DNA of 62,757 nt, the filler included, from Chiloscyllium plagiosum (lineage: Eukaryota), in assembly GCF_004010195.1 (NCBI RefSeq). It is 8 parts of one record of this genome, joined end to end, with 100 filler letters (N's around TTAATTAATTAA, not from the genome) between each part and the next. Parts side by side here need not be neighbours in the genome. Positions count along the whole stretch, not along the records: positions 28,225 to 39,256 come from NC_057716.1; positions 39,357 to 45,558 come from NC_057716.1; positions 45,659 to 58,155 come from NC_057716.1; 5 more parts are not named here. One strand, 5' to 3'. Shown here one piece after another: positions 34,901 through 47,559 of this stretch. Under the pieces are notes generated by a model. That model was not told the DNA's origin, searched no databases, and saw only the letters and a program-made list of their open reading frames with translations. The position numbers and the translations under genes are program-made. How positions within the stretch are numbered: the stretch's first letter is position 1; each line of letters begins with the position of its first letter.

Positions 34901-36074
34901 AATTTCTGAATTGTTGAACATCAGTTGTGTAAAACTAAATCCCTTTCTGTCAGCTGCCTTTATTGCAATATGAAGACTTTGGAAATGATTGCGGTAACCT
35001 GTGGCCAGTGCTGGCTGCATGTGAGAGTGTAGTGTGTGGGTGCTGTTGTGTGTCCTGACTGTGGGGCACAGTGCGAGGTCAGGTATTGTTCTGACAGCAA
35101 TGTGAGAGTTAACACCTGCAGAAGCAATTAGCAAAACAAAACAAGAAGCAATTGGACTAAATCTGTTTAATAATAATCAGCTTGTACTGCGGATTAATCA
35201 AAGGAAAGGCAGCAAACATTTCCATACAATCTCCGCACCGAGTGACTCCTCATTTCCCCAAGTTCAGAGTTATCATTGGCCCCAATCCAATGCAGTGTTT
35301 TACAACCAATTTGTGAGGCAGCGACATCAAATAATCATCGTCCTAATTTTATACTTGAATGAACTCTATTTGTCATCTCATTTACAGTAATTGGAGCAAT
35401 TCTGTCTCTCAGCCATCTGCTCCCCACACTCTGCCTCAGCATCAAGTGATTGATGGTCACAGACTGGATTGCTCAGGGTCAATGTTCCACTCTGCTCCCC
35501 AGCTCCCACGGCTGCAGCTCTGGGGCTGTTCGTATAGAGCTGCCTCTGGTCGCTCTCTCTCGACTGTCCCCTGTCCCCCAGCAGTAAGGAACCTCCTTAC
35601 AATGTTATCACTATTAAATACACGGCAGTGTATCAGCTGCACACAGGAACAGCAGGATAAAGTGAGGTGGCTCAGGGCACACCTTTCACAAAACCAATAG
35701 GCGCACGATGGGCCAAATGGCCACATGCTGTTTTTACAGATGCCCCAGAACCCCATCAGCTCAGTGGCTGGGGATGGGAGACTGGGATTCCCTTCCCTGC
35801 TGTTTCTCAGCTCGAAACCTCCTCCACAGTCACTCCCCCTCCTCCCCAAATCACCCCAACCCTCAACTAGAATGACAGAACTCCCCACTATTCCAGGTGC
35901 AAACACTCAACAGGCAAATGGAAGCCTCTTCCACACCTCTCCCACTCCCATCCCCAGCTCACTCCAGCTCATCCCCACACCCCCCCCGACACACTCCTAA
36001 CTCAACCTTGTAGTCCCACGCGCTCCCCACCCCCCACACCCACTATCAGCCCGGCCCTGTGTGTGTCTTTGTTT

Positions 36075-36560
36075 TTATTCAGTCAGAGGGTGAGGGAATC
36101 ACTAGGTAGGTCAACATTACTCACCCAGGGGGCAGTTTGGAGACAACTGCATTGCTGTGGGTCTGGAGTCACATGTAGACAGTACTGATTGGCATGAGAT
36201 CCGTCAGTGGGACCTCATACATCATGAGTTCCCTGATTGGACCAGGTTCACAACCCCAAGCAGGGAGCCCTGGCTGACAGGTATAAGTAGGAAGGTCAGA
36301 GGTTCTGAGAGCTGGCTCTGAGGATGGCAGTATTATGGTCAAGGACTCTCCATGTGTCAATAAAGGGTGACTTGGGGACAGGATGTTGGTCTGCGGAGTT
36401 CTTTCACAGATCAGGCCAGATAAGGACATGACTAAACCAGATGAGGGTTTCCCATCAATACTTTCAACGTCATCATTAGATTCCTAATTCCAAAAACTTT
36501 TTATTGGATCAAGCTCCACTATCTACCACGGTGTCTATACCGGCCATGCACTCAGATCCA
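36075..36560 (-). mobile_element. SINE with LINE-B tail, interrupted by an LTR-like insert
   Basis: attgctgtgggtctggagtcacatgtag matches 13822-13848; resumes at caggccagataaggac. Confidence 0.6.
36183..36406 (+). mobile_element. Putative short solo LTR
   Basis: About 225-bp insert in a SINE with ATTGG boxes, TATA-like gtataag, AATAAA and terminal tttCA; possible acag duplication. Confidence 0.45.
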
Positions 36561-36579
36561 GTGCCACCAGCTGATGGGA

Positions 36580-38080
36580 ATATTTGCAGATATCTTTAAT
36601 GTCTGAAGGTCCCACTTGCTTCAAAAAGACCACCATCATTCTGGTACCAAAGAAAACACGTGCAGCGTGTCTCAATGACTGGCCCAGTGACTCTGACCTC
36701 CGTTATTGTGAAGAGCTTGGAGAGGTCAGTCGTGGCTCCAGCCTCACAGCCAGCCTCAATCCCTCGCTAGTTCCCGACCATCACAACAGCTCCATGGAAG
36801 GTGCCAACCCCTGGCCTTATACGCATCCCAGTAACATCCGGATCACAAGGATACCGACGTCTGACTCCCATTTACTGATAACAGCTCCATCTTCAACACC
36901 ATAATCCCGACCAAACCCATCCCCAAACTCCGAGACCCAGGACTCTGCTCCCCCCTCTGTAGCTGGATCGACTTCCTGACCCATAGACAGCAATCAGTAA
37001 GGAACATGCCCTAACCCCTCCTCCACAGTCATCCCCAACAGCGGTGCCCCTCGAGGCTGGGTACTCAGCCCCTCACTATACTCCCTGTACACTCAGGACT
37101 GTGTGGCCAAATACAGCCCCAACGCCATTTACAAGTTTCTGATGACATCACTGTAGAGAGTCAGACCCCAAACCACGCTGAGACAGAGCCCAGGAAAGAG
37201 ACTGAACCCTGAGAGCAGGGTGTGAAGGGAACAAGCTCTCCCTCAACATCAGCAAAATGAAGGAGCTGCTCATTACCTTCAGGAAGCAGAGTGGAGGGCA
37301 CACCCCTGTCTGTATGAGTGAGGCTGAGGGGGAGATGGGCGACAGCATCAAGTTACTGGGAGGGACGNNNNNNNNNNNNNNNNNNNNNNNNNNNNNNNNN
37401 NNNNNNNNNNNNNNNNNNNNNNNNNNNNNNNNNNNNNNNNNNNNNNNNNNNNNNNNNNNNNNNNNGGTCACCCACAATCTGTCCTGGTCCACCCACATGG
37501 ATGTGATGGTCAGGAAAGCACCACAACACCTCCACTTCCTCAGGAGGCTAAGGAAATGCAGCACGGCCACAATGACTCTTACCAATTTGTATAGATGCAC
37601 CACAGAAAGCCTCCTATCCGGATGTATCACAGATTGGTTTGGCAACTGCTCTGCCCCAGGACCACAAGAAATTACAGAGAGTTGTGAACACAGCCCAGTC
37701 CCTCCCAAAAACCAGCCTTCCATCCACTGACTCCATCTACACTTCCTGCTGTCTCAGCAAAGACCCATCCCACCCCGTTATAATCTCTTGCACCGTCTTC
37801 CAAAAGGCTGGAGATACAATAACTTAAACACACATACCAACTGTTTAAAGAACAGCTTCTTCCCCGTGGTTATTAGTGTTCTGAATAGACCTCTCAAGTT
37901 TTTAATTTAATGTTGTTTCTCTCTTTGTGCACCTTCCCTGCATCTGTAACACTGTCTTCTCGTTGTGTTCCGTTATCCTGATGCAATTTGTACGGTATGA
38001 TCTACCTGGACTGCGCACAAAAGCTTTCACTGTACCAAGGTACATGTGACAATAATAAATTAAATCAAGTCAAATCAAAA
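36580..38080 (+). mobile_element. Rex1/Babar-clade LINE RT and 3'UTR (decayed)
   Basis: PTCFKKTTIILVPKK..ACLND; SS.FNTIIP; LYSLYTQDCVA; KELLITFRK; LSWSTH..LHFLRRLRK..LTNLYRCTTESLLSGCITDWFGNC. Confidence 0.85.
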
Positions 38081-38212
38081 AGTATTTATTTGTGTGTGAG
38101 CAGTATGACCAGTGTGAGCTGGACTCTGATGATCAGTATCTCACTGAGACTAGGCTGGGAGCTTGGAAAGCAGCTGCAGTCTGGCTGGAAGAACACACCC
38201 ATCCAGAAAAGA

Positions 38213-39256
38213 CAGTGAGGACTCCAGATGCTGGAACTCAGAGTCAGAAAGTGTTGTGCTGGGAAAGCACAGCAGGTCAGGCAGCATCCGAGCAGCAGGA
38301 GAATCGATGTTTTGAGCAAAAGCCCTTCATCAGGAATGAGGGTAGTGAGCCAAGGGGCTGAGAGATAAATGGGAGGGGGGGGGTGGGGCTGGAGGGGGCA
38401 CAAGGTAACTGGGAAGGTGATTGGTAGATGGAGGTGGGGGAGAAGGTGATTGGTCGGAGAGGAGGGTGGAGCAGATAGATGGGAAAGGTTATGGACAGGT
38501 CAGGAGGGCGGAGCCAGGTTGGACGCTTGGGACAGGGATAATGTGGGGGGAGGGGAAATGAGGAAACTGGTGAAATCCGCATTGATCCCTTGTGGTTGCA
38601 GGGTCCCCTGGCGGAATATGAGGCGTTCCTCCCCCAGGCGTCGGGTGGTAATGGTTTGGCAATGGAGGAGGCCCAGTACCTCTGAAATGATCCTCAAGTT
38701 GGCGTCCTGTCTCCCTAATGTAGAGGAGACCCCATCGGGTGCAACAGACACAGGTGATGACATTGGTGGAAGTACAGGTAGTTTTCTGTCAGATGTGGAA
38801 GGATCCTTTGGGGTCTTGGATGGAGGTGAGGGGGGGAGCCCGCCAACTCCCACAGCTGCCTGGACTACACATCCTCCCACCCTAATTCCTGTAAAAACAC
38901 TAACTTTTATTCCTAATTCCTTCACTTCCATCGCATCTGTTCCCAGGCTGACCAACTCTACCTCAGAAAGTCCCACATGGCCTCCTTTGCAATTTGCCCT
39001 CCCACATAGTTGACGATGCCCTCCAGTGCATCTCCTCCACTCCCTGACCCTCTGCCATTGAACCCCACCCCTCCCAACTCAACAAGGACAGAACCCCCCA
39101 CCCCGTCCTCACCTTCCACCCCACCATCCTCTGCATACAACGCGTCACCCTCCACCATTTCAGCCACCTCCAAACAGACCCCACCACTAGAGATAGATTT
39201 CCCTCAGCGACTTCCTTGTCAACACACCCTCCCCTCCTGGAACCCTCCTCTGCCAT
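38213..39256. mobile_element. Neptune-like PLE with 5' inversion
   Basis: Minus 38213-38830: tail, decayed hammerhead, pLTR and GIY-YIG end (EVLGLLHCQTITTRRLGEERLIFRQGTLQPQGINADF); plus 38837-39256: RT thumb (SHSCLDYTSSHPNSCK..FLHFHRICS). Confidence 0.8.
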
Positions 39257-39639
39257 NNNNNNNNNNNNNNNNNNNNNNNNNNNNNNNNNNNNNNNNNNNN
39301 TTAATTAATTAANNNNNNNNNNNNNNNNNNNNNNNNNNNNNNNNNNNNNNNNNNNNGAATCCAATTGAATAGCAAAGCTGAGTAAACAGGTTGAATGACA
39401 TCCATCTGCTCTGACATTTTCTAATCTTCTGTTTATCCTCGTTCTTCTGCAAACAGATGGTCAATATGTATGCCTTGTCAAACAGGTTTGGTGGCGGGGA
39501 TAGATATCAGATCCAGTGGTCATTGGACTGATTCAGTGGTCTCACGTTCCTGACGTCACACTTACGTTTTTTATTATGAAGCCTTTCCACTTTAAAGAAA
39601 ATGCCTTGTTGGAGTTGTGTTGAAAGGATATTTGAATTT

Positions 39640-39905
39640 TGGAGACATTTGGAGACAAGGGGACATAAATTTAAGGTGAAGGGTGGAAGGTATAGGGGAG
39701 ATGTCAGGGGTGGGTTCTTTACCTAGAGAGTGGTGGTGGCATGGAATGCGCTGCCTGTGGGAGTGGCAGAGTCAGAATCATTGGCGACCTTTAAGTGGCA
39801 ATTGGATAGGTACATGGATGGGTGCTTAAGCTAGGACAAATGTTCGGCACAACATCGTGGGCCGAAGGGCCTGTTCTGTGCTGTGTTGTTCTATGTTCTA
39901 TGTTC
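39640..39905 (+). mobile_element. CR1 3' end
   Basis: tggaatgcgctgcct; tail ctgtgttgttctatgttctatg. Confidence 0.85.
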
Positions 39906-40630
39906 TAATTGTCGCAACCTCCACCACATCCTCTGGCAGCTCATTCCATACATGTACCACCCTCTGCATGAAAAAGTTGCCCCTTAGATCTCTTTTAAAA
40001 TCTTTCTCCTCTCACCTTAACCTATGCCCTCTAGTTCTGAACTCCCCCATCCCAGGGAAAAGATATTTGTCTATTTATCCTATCCATGCCCCTCATGATT
40101 TTATAAACCTCTATAGGATCACCCATCAGCCTCTCCTGATAGCTCAAACTCTCCAACCCCGGCAACATCCTCGTAAATAAAAACAAAAATTGCCAGAAAA
40201 GCTCAGCAGGTCTGGCAGCATCTGTGGAGAGAAATCAGAGAGTTAACGTTTCAGATCCAGTTCTGTGAAGGGTCACTGCACCCAAAGTGTAAACTTTGAT
40301 TTCTCTCCACAGATGCTGCCAGACCTGCTGAGCTTTTTCAGCAATTTCTGCTTTTGTTTCTGATTTCCAGAATCCTCTATTCTTTCAGGTTTTTGACCAG
40401 AATTGTACACAGTATTCTCTATGTGGCCTTAACAATGTCTTGTACAGCCTAACATGATGTCCAAACTCCCTCTCTGACCAATGAAAGCAAGCATACCAAA
40501 CGCCTTCTTCATCACCCTGTCTACCTGTGACACCACTTTTAAGGAGCTATGTTCCTGCACCCCTAGATCTCTCTGTTCCCTGTCACCCAGCCAGGCTTGT
40601 ATCCATGTTGCTGCTGTCCCTTTTATCAAG
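39905..40630 (-). mobile_element. CR1 fragments interrupted by a family-D mini-PLE
   Basis: QRDLGVQEHSSLKVVSQVDRVMKKAFGMLAFIGQ. Confidence 0.8.
40178..40395. mobile_element. Palindromic mini-PLE (family D) with decayed hammerhead
   Basis: 40178-40250 inverted relative to 40285-40358; centre agttCTGTGAagggtcactgcacccAAAg; tail ctgatttccag. Confidence 0.75.
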
Positions 40631-41245
40631 TCCTATCACGTTCCTCACGTGTCTGTTGTATGGCCCTGTCTCAGGCAGCTGCTGGGATTCCACCTTCACC
40701 ACATCGACCGTGTTACCCTCAACCAGCCTTTCCATTACCTCCTCAAAAACCTCCTGCACGTTCGATCAACCCAATCTCCCCGTTAGAAATCCGTGCTGAC
40801 CCTTCTTTCTCCATTGAATTGGTCATTCTGTCCTGAATAATTGCATGATTAATACTGAGTGGCTGATATCGAGCAGTTTGTTTTGAATAACACACAACAA
40901 TGTGGTAAGACCAGGTGATCTGTGTTAGTGAGCTTGGTTGAAGGATCGTTATAACCGTGAGTCCTGTTCTTTCATAGGAGGGTATGAGGAGGACCCTCCC
41001 TGTAGCTCATGAGGCGAACTCTGTCCCTTCCCTGACAGCAGACTCTGAAAATACTGAAGGCCCTGTTCTATCAGAGACACTTACAGGTACCTGACAGTCC
41101 TGCACTGGCGAGCTCACACAATCCCCCCCACCCCCATTCCAGCCCACCCCCTCCCTCCCTCCTCAAGCTGTCCAATAATTTGCAGCAATCATTGTAGAAT
41201 TACTGGCAATTTGCTGCTGTGACCCCTGGCCCAGCTAGGAACGGG

Positions 41246-41248
<3 letters not shown>

Positions 41249-41277
<29 letters not shown>
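41249..41277 (+). repeat. (GA)n microsatellite
   Basis: About 14 GA units. Confidence 0.95.
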
Positions 41278-41278
<1 letters not shown>

Positions 41279-42392
41279 CTGACTCCGTGCAGCAGGCTGG
41301 GGGCAGGTGAAAAGCCATTCAGTGCCCTGTCTCTCTCCCTGCTGCAGTTACAGAGCATTTCATTTCAGGTGCCCAGCAAGTCAGAACTTCCCTTCACCCT
41401 CACGTACAATATCATTAGACAAGATAAAAGCAAGGGAGCCAGGGAGAGCGGGAGAGAGAACAGAAGCACAACATTTTTAATAACTTTAATTTCTGGTCTG
41501 GCGAGTACAAGCTGAAATGGGTTTCGGTCTGAAAGCTTGGCATCAATAACAATAGTCCCTTCATTGAAATGCAGCTGCTGCAAGAAGCAATGCTTATTAT
41601 CAAGTGCTCACAGCATTACGCTGCTATTTTAGAACAAAAGAACAGTTCAAGGCTCCTTTCAAAGACAAATACGATCCTGGAGAAAAGGCTGCTATTAAGC
41701 AAACAGGCACCAATTAAAGTGGAGGTATCATTAACTAATGTGTTCAGTAAATGCCACACTCCTGGGCCACTCACTAGACTTTTTAAAAAAGGAGGTGCAG
41801 TTGTTTATAAAGTACAGAAGCAAGCCTTCCCTGTCAGTGTAACATTGCAGAGTTCCTCTCACTAATTATACAGATTCGGGGACAGTCAGACTCCAGCTGC
41901 ATTATCTACCTGCATCACTGAGGCAGACTCACACACGCTGGGCTCAATGCCCATTGTGAGTTTTGTGAAGTTTCTCCAGCCACTGAGATCTGGATAAGGA
42001 TCTCTGGACCCGAGACGGTAACTCTGTTTCTCTCTCTTCAGGTGCTGTCAGATTTGCTGAGTTTCTTCAGCCCTCTCTGTCTCCTGTCACTCACTCACAG
42101 CCTCACCCACTCAGACCCAGTTCAGGAAGGAGGCTTGTGTTTCTATAGCAACCCAGCAACTTTCCAAGTTAGTTTACTCTCAATGGAACACAATTGGATG
42201 TGTTGTCACGGCTATAATGTCATGCATGCAGCAGCCTGTTTACACACAGCAAGATCCCACTAACAGAACATGACAGCCAAGGAATTTGGATGGGTGTTGG
42301 AGATTGCCTCAGGATAACAGTGCCAAATGCTTGGCTGAGCTTCAGAACAATGCCATATTGTTTTGGATGGGCACCTCAGAGAGTAACATCGA

Positions 42393-43265
42393 GTCAGAGA
42401 GTCATACAGCATAGAAACAGGCCCTTCAGCCCACCGTGTCTATGCCAACCAACATATACCAAACTACACCAATCCCATTTCCCTGCACATGGTCCACAGC
42501 TGACGGTGCCCTGACATTTTAAGAGCTCGTCCAGATGTGTCTTCAATGTTATGAGAGTCCCGGCTCGCACCACCCTCTCAGGCAGCACCTTCCATATTGC
42601 CTCAGATCCCCACTAAACCACTTACTCCTCACCTTAAGCTTACACCCTCTGGCCTTAGACTGCTGTGGGGAAGAGTTTCTCACAATCCATTCTGTCTTTA
42701 TCGCTCATAATTGTGTCTCCCTCAATCAGACTCCCTCCACCACCCCCCCCCCCCCCCCTCCCTAAGCCTCCTATACTCCAAGGAAAACAGTCTCCCCTCA
42801 TCACTGAGGCTTTCCATCCCAGGTAACATCCTGGTGAATCTCCCTCTGCACCCTCTTCCTATAGTGTGGGGACCAGACTGCACACAATACTCCAGCTGTG
42901 GCCTAACCAATGTTTTACAAAGTTCCTTGCTCCTATATTCTATGCCCCTAATGAAGTAAATATCCCATAAGCCTTCTTCCCCACCCTGTCTCCCTGTGCT
43001 GTCGCCTTCTGGGATCTATAGACTTGTACACTAAGATCCCTTTGTTCCTCAGCACTCCCTAGAGACCTCCCATTCATTGAGTAAAATCCTTTCCTTTTTC
43101 CATCTCTACAATGCTTCACCTGATACTTATTGGGATTAAATTCCATCTGGCACTGCTCAGCCCAATGTACCAGCTGATCAATATCAGACTGTAGACCGAG
43201 ATTATTCTCCACACTATCAACAACATCCACTAATTTTCAAGTCATCTGCAAACGTATTAATTAAA
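42393..43265 (-). mobile_element. CR1 RT and 3' end
   Basis: LQSDIDQLVHWAEQCQMEFNPNK; VRPQLEYCVQ; LPERVVRAGTL. Confidence 0.9.
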
Positions 43266-43267
43266 CC

Positions 43268-43400
43268 TGTTTTGAAGAATGGTCACTGGACTCCAAACAC
43301 TAACTCTGCTTTCTCTCCTCTGATACTGCCAGACCTGCTGAGGTTTTCCAGCGCTTTCTGGTTTTTTTTCTGATTAACAGCATCCACAGTTTTTTTTGGT
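43268..43400 (+). mobile_element. PLE terminus (family D), decayed hammerhead
   Basis: ttTTGAAGAatggtcactggactccAAAcactaactctg..ccagacctgctgag..cagcatcc. Confidence 0.65.
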
Positions 43401-43404
43401 TCAG

Positions 43405-43778
43405 TTCCTAAAAATGAGGTGTCAACCTGGTGAAGCTACCAAACAGACCAACTTGCCAAACAGCATAAGCAGCGAGGGATAGACAGAGCTAAGCGATCCC
43501 ACAACCAACAGATGAGATCTAAGCTCTGCAGTCCTGCCACATCCAGTGGTGAATGGTGGTGGACAATTAAACAACTCACTGGAGGAGGAGGAGGAGGAGG
43601 CTCCACAAGTCTCTCCATCCTCAACGATGGAAGAGCCCAGCACATCAGGGCAAACTTTCACAGCAACCTTCAGCCTGAAGTACCGAGTGGATGATCCACC
43701 TCAGCCTCCTCCAGTGGTCCCCAGCGTCACAGATACCAGTCTCCAGCCAACTCGGTTCAGTCCACGTGATATTAAGAA
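43405..43778 (+). mobile_element. LINE-B ORF2 fragment
   Basis: RSKLCSPATSSGEWWWTIKQLTGGG; PSVTDTSLQPTRFSPRDIKK. Confidence 0.8.
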
Positions 43779-43779
43779 A

Positions 43780-44505
43780 TACAGTCCTAGAGCTGTACAA
43801 CACAGCAACAGATGCTTTAATCTAACTCATCCATGCTGACCCAACCCAATCTAGTCCCACCTGCCAGCACCTGGCTCATATCCCTCCAAACCCTTCCTAT
43901 TCATATACCCATCCAAAAGCCTCTTAAATGTTGCAATTGTACCAGCCTCCACCACATCCTCTGGCAGCTCATTCCATACACACACCACCCTCTGTGTGAA
44001 AGAGCCCCCTTAGGTCCCTTTAATATCGTTCCCCTCTCACCCTAAACCTATGCCCTCTAGTTCAGGACTCCCCACTCCAGGGAAATGACCTTGTCTATAT
44101 ACCATATCCACACCCCTCATGATTTTATAAACCTCTATAAGGTCACCCCTCAGCCTCCGGCGCTCCAGGGAAAACAGCCCCAGCCTGTTCAGCCTCTCCC
44201 TGTCGCTCAAATCCTCCAACCCTGGCAACATCCTTGTAAATCTTTTCTGAACCCTTTGAAGCCTCCCAAGCAGGGAGACCAGGATTAGCACACAATATTC
44301 CAACAGTGGCCTAACCAATGTCCTGCACAGCCACAGCATGACCCCCCAACTCCTGTACTCAATACTCTGACCAATAAAGGAAAGCATACCAAACGCCGCC
44401 TTCACTATCCTATCTACCTGCGACTCCACTTTCAAGGAGCTATGAACCTGCACTTCAAGGTCTCTTTGTTCAGCAACACTCCCTAGGACCTTACCATTAA
44501 GTGAA
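43780..44505 (-). mobile_element. CR1 RT and 3' end
   Basis: ORF 44037..44528: QRDLEVQVHSSLKV..LVRPLLEYCV..ERLNRLGLFSLERRRLRGDLIEVYKIMRG. Confidence 0.9.
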
Positions 44506-44519
44506 ATAATTGGAGGCAC

Positions 44520-45320
44520 TGGATTCATTCACTGGCACTGGGACAATTTGAAAGTTTGAGGATGACACAGAACCTGGAAGAGTTGTAAACTATGAGGAGA
44601 CAGTGTGGAATTCCAAAAGGACATTGACAAGTCAGTGGAATGGGAGGATCGGAGGTATCTGAGTTTCAATGTACAAAGGTGTGAGACGATGCACTTTGGT
44701 TGGAAGGACATTGAAATGCAATAAAAAATAAGGGGTATAATTCTGAAGGGGTGCAGGAGCAGAGTGTTTATAAACACAGATCATTGAAGGTTGGAGGACA
44801 GGGAGAGAGCACACAGTGCCCTCAGCTTTATTAACGGGGCATAGAGTCCGAGAGCACAGAGTTGGTGTTCAATTTATATGAATTATTGTGAATAGTTCTG
44901 GGTGCCATATTATAGGGAATATGTGAATGCATTGGAGAGCATGCACAGTGATGCACAGAAATGGTTCCAGGAATGAGAAACTTCAATGATGAGGAGAGAC
45001 TGTTCTCCTTGGAGCGAGGAAGGTTGAAGGGAGTCTGATAGGGATTGAACAAACGTGAGTGGGGGCTGGATTAAGGGTTAGGGAGAAACTGTCCCCATGC
45101 ACTAAAGGAACAAGATCAAATGATGTGAGAAAATCTTTATACTCAGTAAGTAATGAACTGCCGAGAAACTTGGGGGAAGCAGGTTCAATGGATGGATTCC
45201 AGAGGGGCATTGGGTGGTTATTTAGATGGAAAAGTGAAAGCAGGAGATTGCCACTTGGTAATGATGCTCATTTAAAGAGCCAGTCAGGGTACAATAGGCT
45301 GAATGGCCTCTTTCTGTGAC
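44520..45320 (+). mobile_element. Old CR1 RT and 3' end
   Basis: agtttcaatgtacaaaggtgtgagacgatgcactttgg (FNVQRCETMHFG); tail ggctgaatggcctc. Confidence 0.65.
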
Positions 45321-45329
45321 ATAACCATT

Positions 45330-45558
45330 GTGAACCTGCCTCTCCCCGAGCCAAGCTGTTCCAGTCCGGTTACCACACTGGCATCTACCCGACAATGTGG
45401 AAAATTGCCCAGGTATGTCCTGGACAGAAAAAGCAGGACAGATCCAACCCGGCCAATTCCCGCCCCATCAGTCTCCTCTCGATCATCAGGAAAGTGATGG
45501 AAGGGGTCAGTAACAGAGCTACCAAGCAGCACCTGCTCAGCAATAACCTGCTCAGTGA
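45330..45558 (+). mobile_element. LINE-B RT fragment
   Basis: MWKIAQVCPGQKKQDRSNPANSRPISLLSIIRKVMEG. Confidence 0.85.
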
Positions 45559-45658
45559 NNNNNNNNNNNNNNNNNNNNNNNNNNNNNNNNNNNNNNNNNN
45601 NNTTAATTAATTAANNNNNNNNNNNNNNNNNNNNNNNNNNNNNNNNNNNNNNNNNNNN

Positions 45659-45915
45659 AGATGAGGAAGAATTTCTTCAGTCAGAGAATTGTGAACCTGT
45701 GGAACTCTCTCCCACAGGAACCTGTTGGGGCCAGTTCATTAGATAGATTCAAGAGGGAGATGGCTGTGGCCCTTGCAGCTAAAGGGATCAAGGGATATGG
45801 GGAGAGTGTGGGAATGGGATACTGAGATTGCATCATCAGCCGTGATCATATTGAATGGTGCAGGCTGGAAGGGCCGAATGGCCTACTCCTGCACCTAGTT
45901 TCTATGTGTCTGTGT
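45659..45915 (+). mobile_element. CR1 3' end
   Basis: FFSQRIVNLWNSLPQ; tail gggccgaatggcctactcctgc. Confidence 0.85.
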
Positions 45916-46099
45916 TTTAAGTGCCATGGACCCAACCATCTCCAGCTGCTTCATCAATGACCTGAAGATCCCAAAACTCCATCCCTGACAACACTGACTG
46001 AGTCCCAACACCTGAGTGATTGGAGCCATTCACAGAGGGAGTGACTAGCGATGGACAATTCGTGCCTGCCTCCTCACGGTCTATAAATAAATCATTCAG

Positions 46100-46230
46100 T
46101 CAGGTTCTGAGGAGCCAGCACTGGACCTGAAACTGATTTCTCTCCACAGATGCTGCCAGACCTGTTGAGCTTTTCCAGCAGCTTCTGTTTGTCTTTTAGA
46201 TTTCCAGCATTAACATTCCTTTGGTATTTT
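46100..46230 (+). mobile_element. PLE terminus (family D), decayed hammerhead
   Basis: gttCTGAGGAgccagcactggacctGAAAc..cagatgctgccagacctg..ttccagcat. Confidence 0.65.
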
Positions 46231-46554
46231 TAAATTAAACTGAGGGTTTTGTATCGGGAACTGATCTGTCTAAATGTACCTATATCTATAGTTTGATAAC
46301 CTGATACAGTCTCAGTCTGAGGCCCAGCCTCTTTAACCTTTCACAGTGTTACACGTTCTGAATCACTTCCATTCCTTCATTGATTTTGCTGAGTCAGCCG
46401 CCTCACAGTTTAATTGATTAACGAGGCTCAGGGAGAACTTTCCTTTTCAGATTGAGCCAAACTGTCTGTTCAGCAGTTTCAGACAATCAGATTCACTCAG
46501 CGTTCACCAGAAATCCTTCACTGGGGACAACACCCAGACACTCCACCAAATCGT

Positions 46555-47210
46555 GTCCCCCTCAGCCTCCCCTCGCTCACACTCGCCTCTGTAACCCTCC
46601 CCTCCCTCAGACTCCCCTCACTCCCCTCCCTTACCCTCCCCTCCCTCACACTCCCCTCCCTTACCCTCCCTTTCCCTCCCTCCCCTTCCTCTCCCTTACC
46701 CTCCCCTTCCCTTCCCNNNNNNNNNNNNNNNNNNNNNNNNNNNNNNNNNNNNNNNNNNNNNNNNNNNNNNNNNNNNNNNNNNNNNNNNNNNNNNNNNNNN
46801 NNNNNNNNNNNNNNNNNNNNNNNNNNNNNNNNNNNNNNNNNNNNNNNNNNNNNNNNNNNNNNNNNNNNNNNNNNNNNNNNNNNNNNNNNNNNNNNNNNNN
46901 NNNNNNNNNNNNNNNNNNNNNNNNNNNNNNNNNNNNNNNNNNNNNNNNNNNNNNNNNNNNNNNNNNNNNNNNNNNNNNNNNNNNNNNNNNNNNNNNNNNN
47001 NNNNNNNNNNNNNNNNNNNNNNNNNNNNNNNNNNNNNNNNNNNNNNNNNNNNNNNNNNNNNNNNNNNNNNNNNNNNNNNNNNNNNNNNNNNNNNNNNNNN
47101 NNNNNNNNNNNNNNNNCCCTCACACTCCTCACCCTGACTCTCTGTTCCCCTCCCTCCCCTTCCCCTCCATCACACTCCCCTCCCTCACACTCCTCTCCCT
47201 CACATGCCCA
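46555..47210 (+). repeat. C/T-rich low-complexity tract spanning a gap
   Basis: (ccctc)n-like sequence on both sides of the 400-N gap. Confidence 0.9.
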
Positions 47211-47559
47211 CCCTCAGGCCCAGTCTGTCCAGCCTTTCCCCAGATGCAATCCCCTCAGTCCAGGGGTTAGTCTGGTAAACCTTCTCTGAACAGTTTCCAA
47301 CGCACTCCCATCCCTCTGTCGGTAGAGACCTGCGGGGTCTCACCAATACTCTGTGTAACTGAAACGTACCCTCCCTACTCTCACATTCATTTCCCCTCAT
47401 AACAAATTCTAACAGAATCAGACAGTTATAAAACAGGGTGAGGCCATTGGCCCTTCAATCCATTCTGATCATATAAAATCTGACTCCATTGATCTCATTT
47501 TCTACTTCTGAGCCAAATCACCCTCAATCCTATGTCTCTGTATTTTGCCTTCTAGTCTA

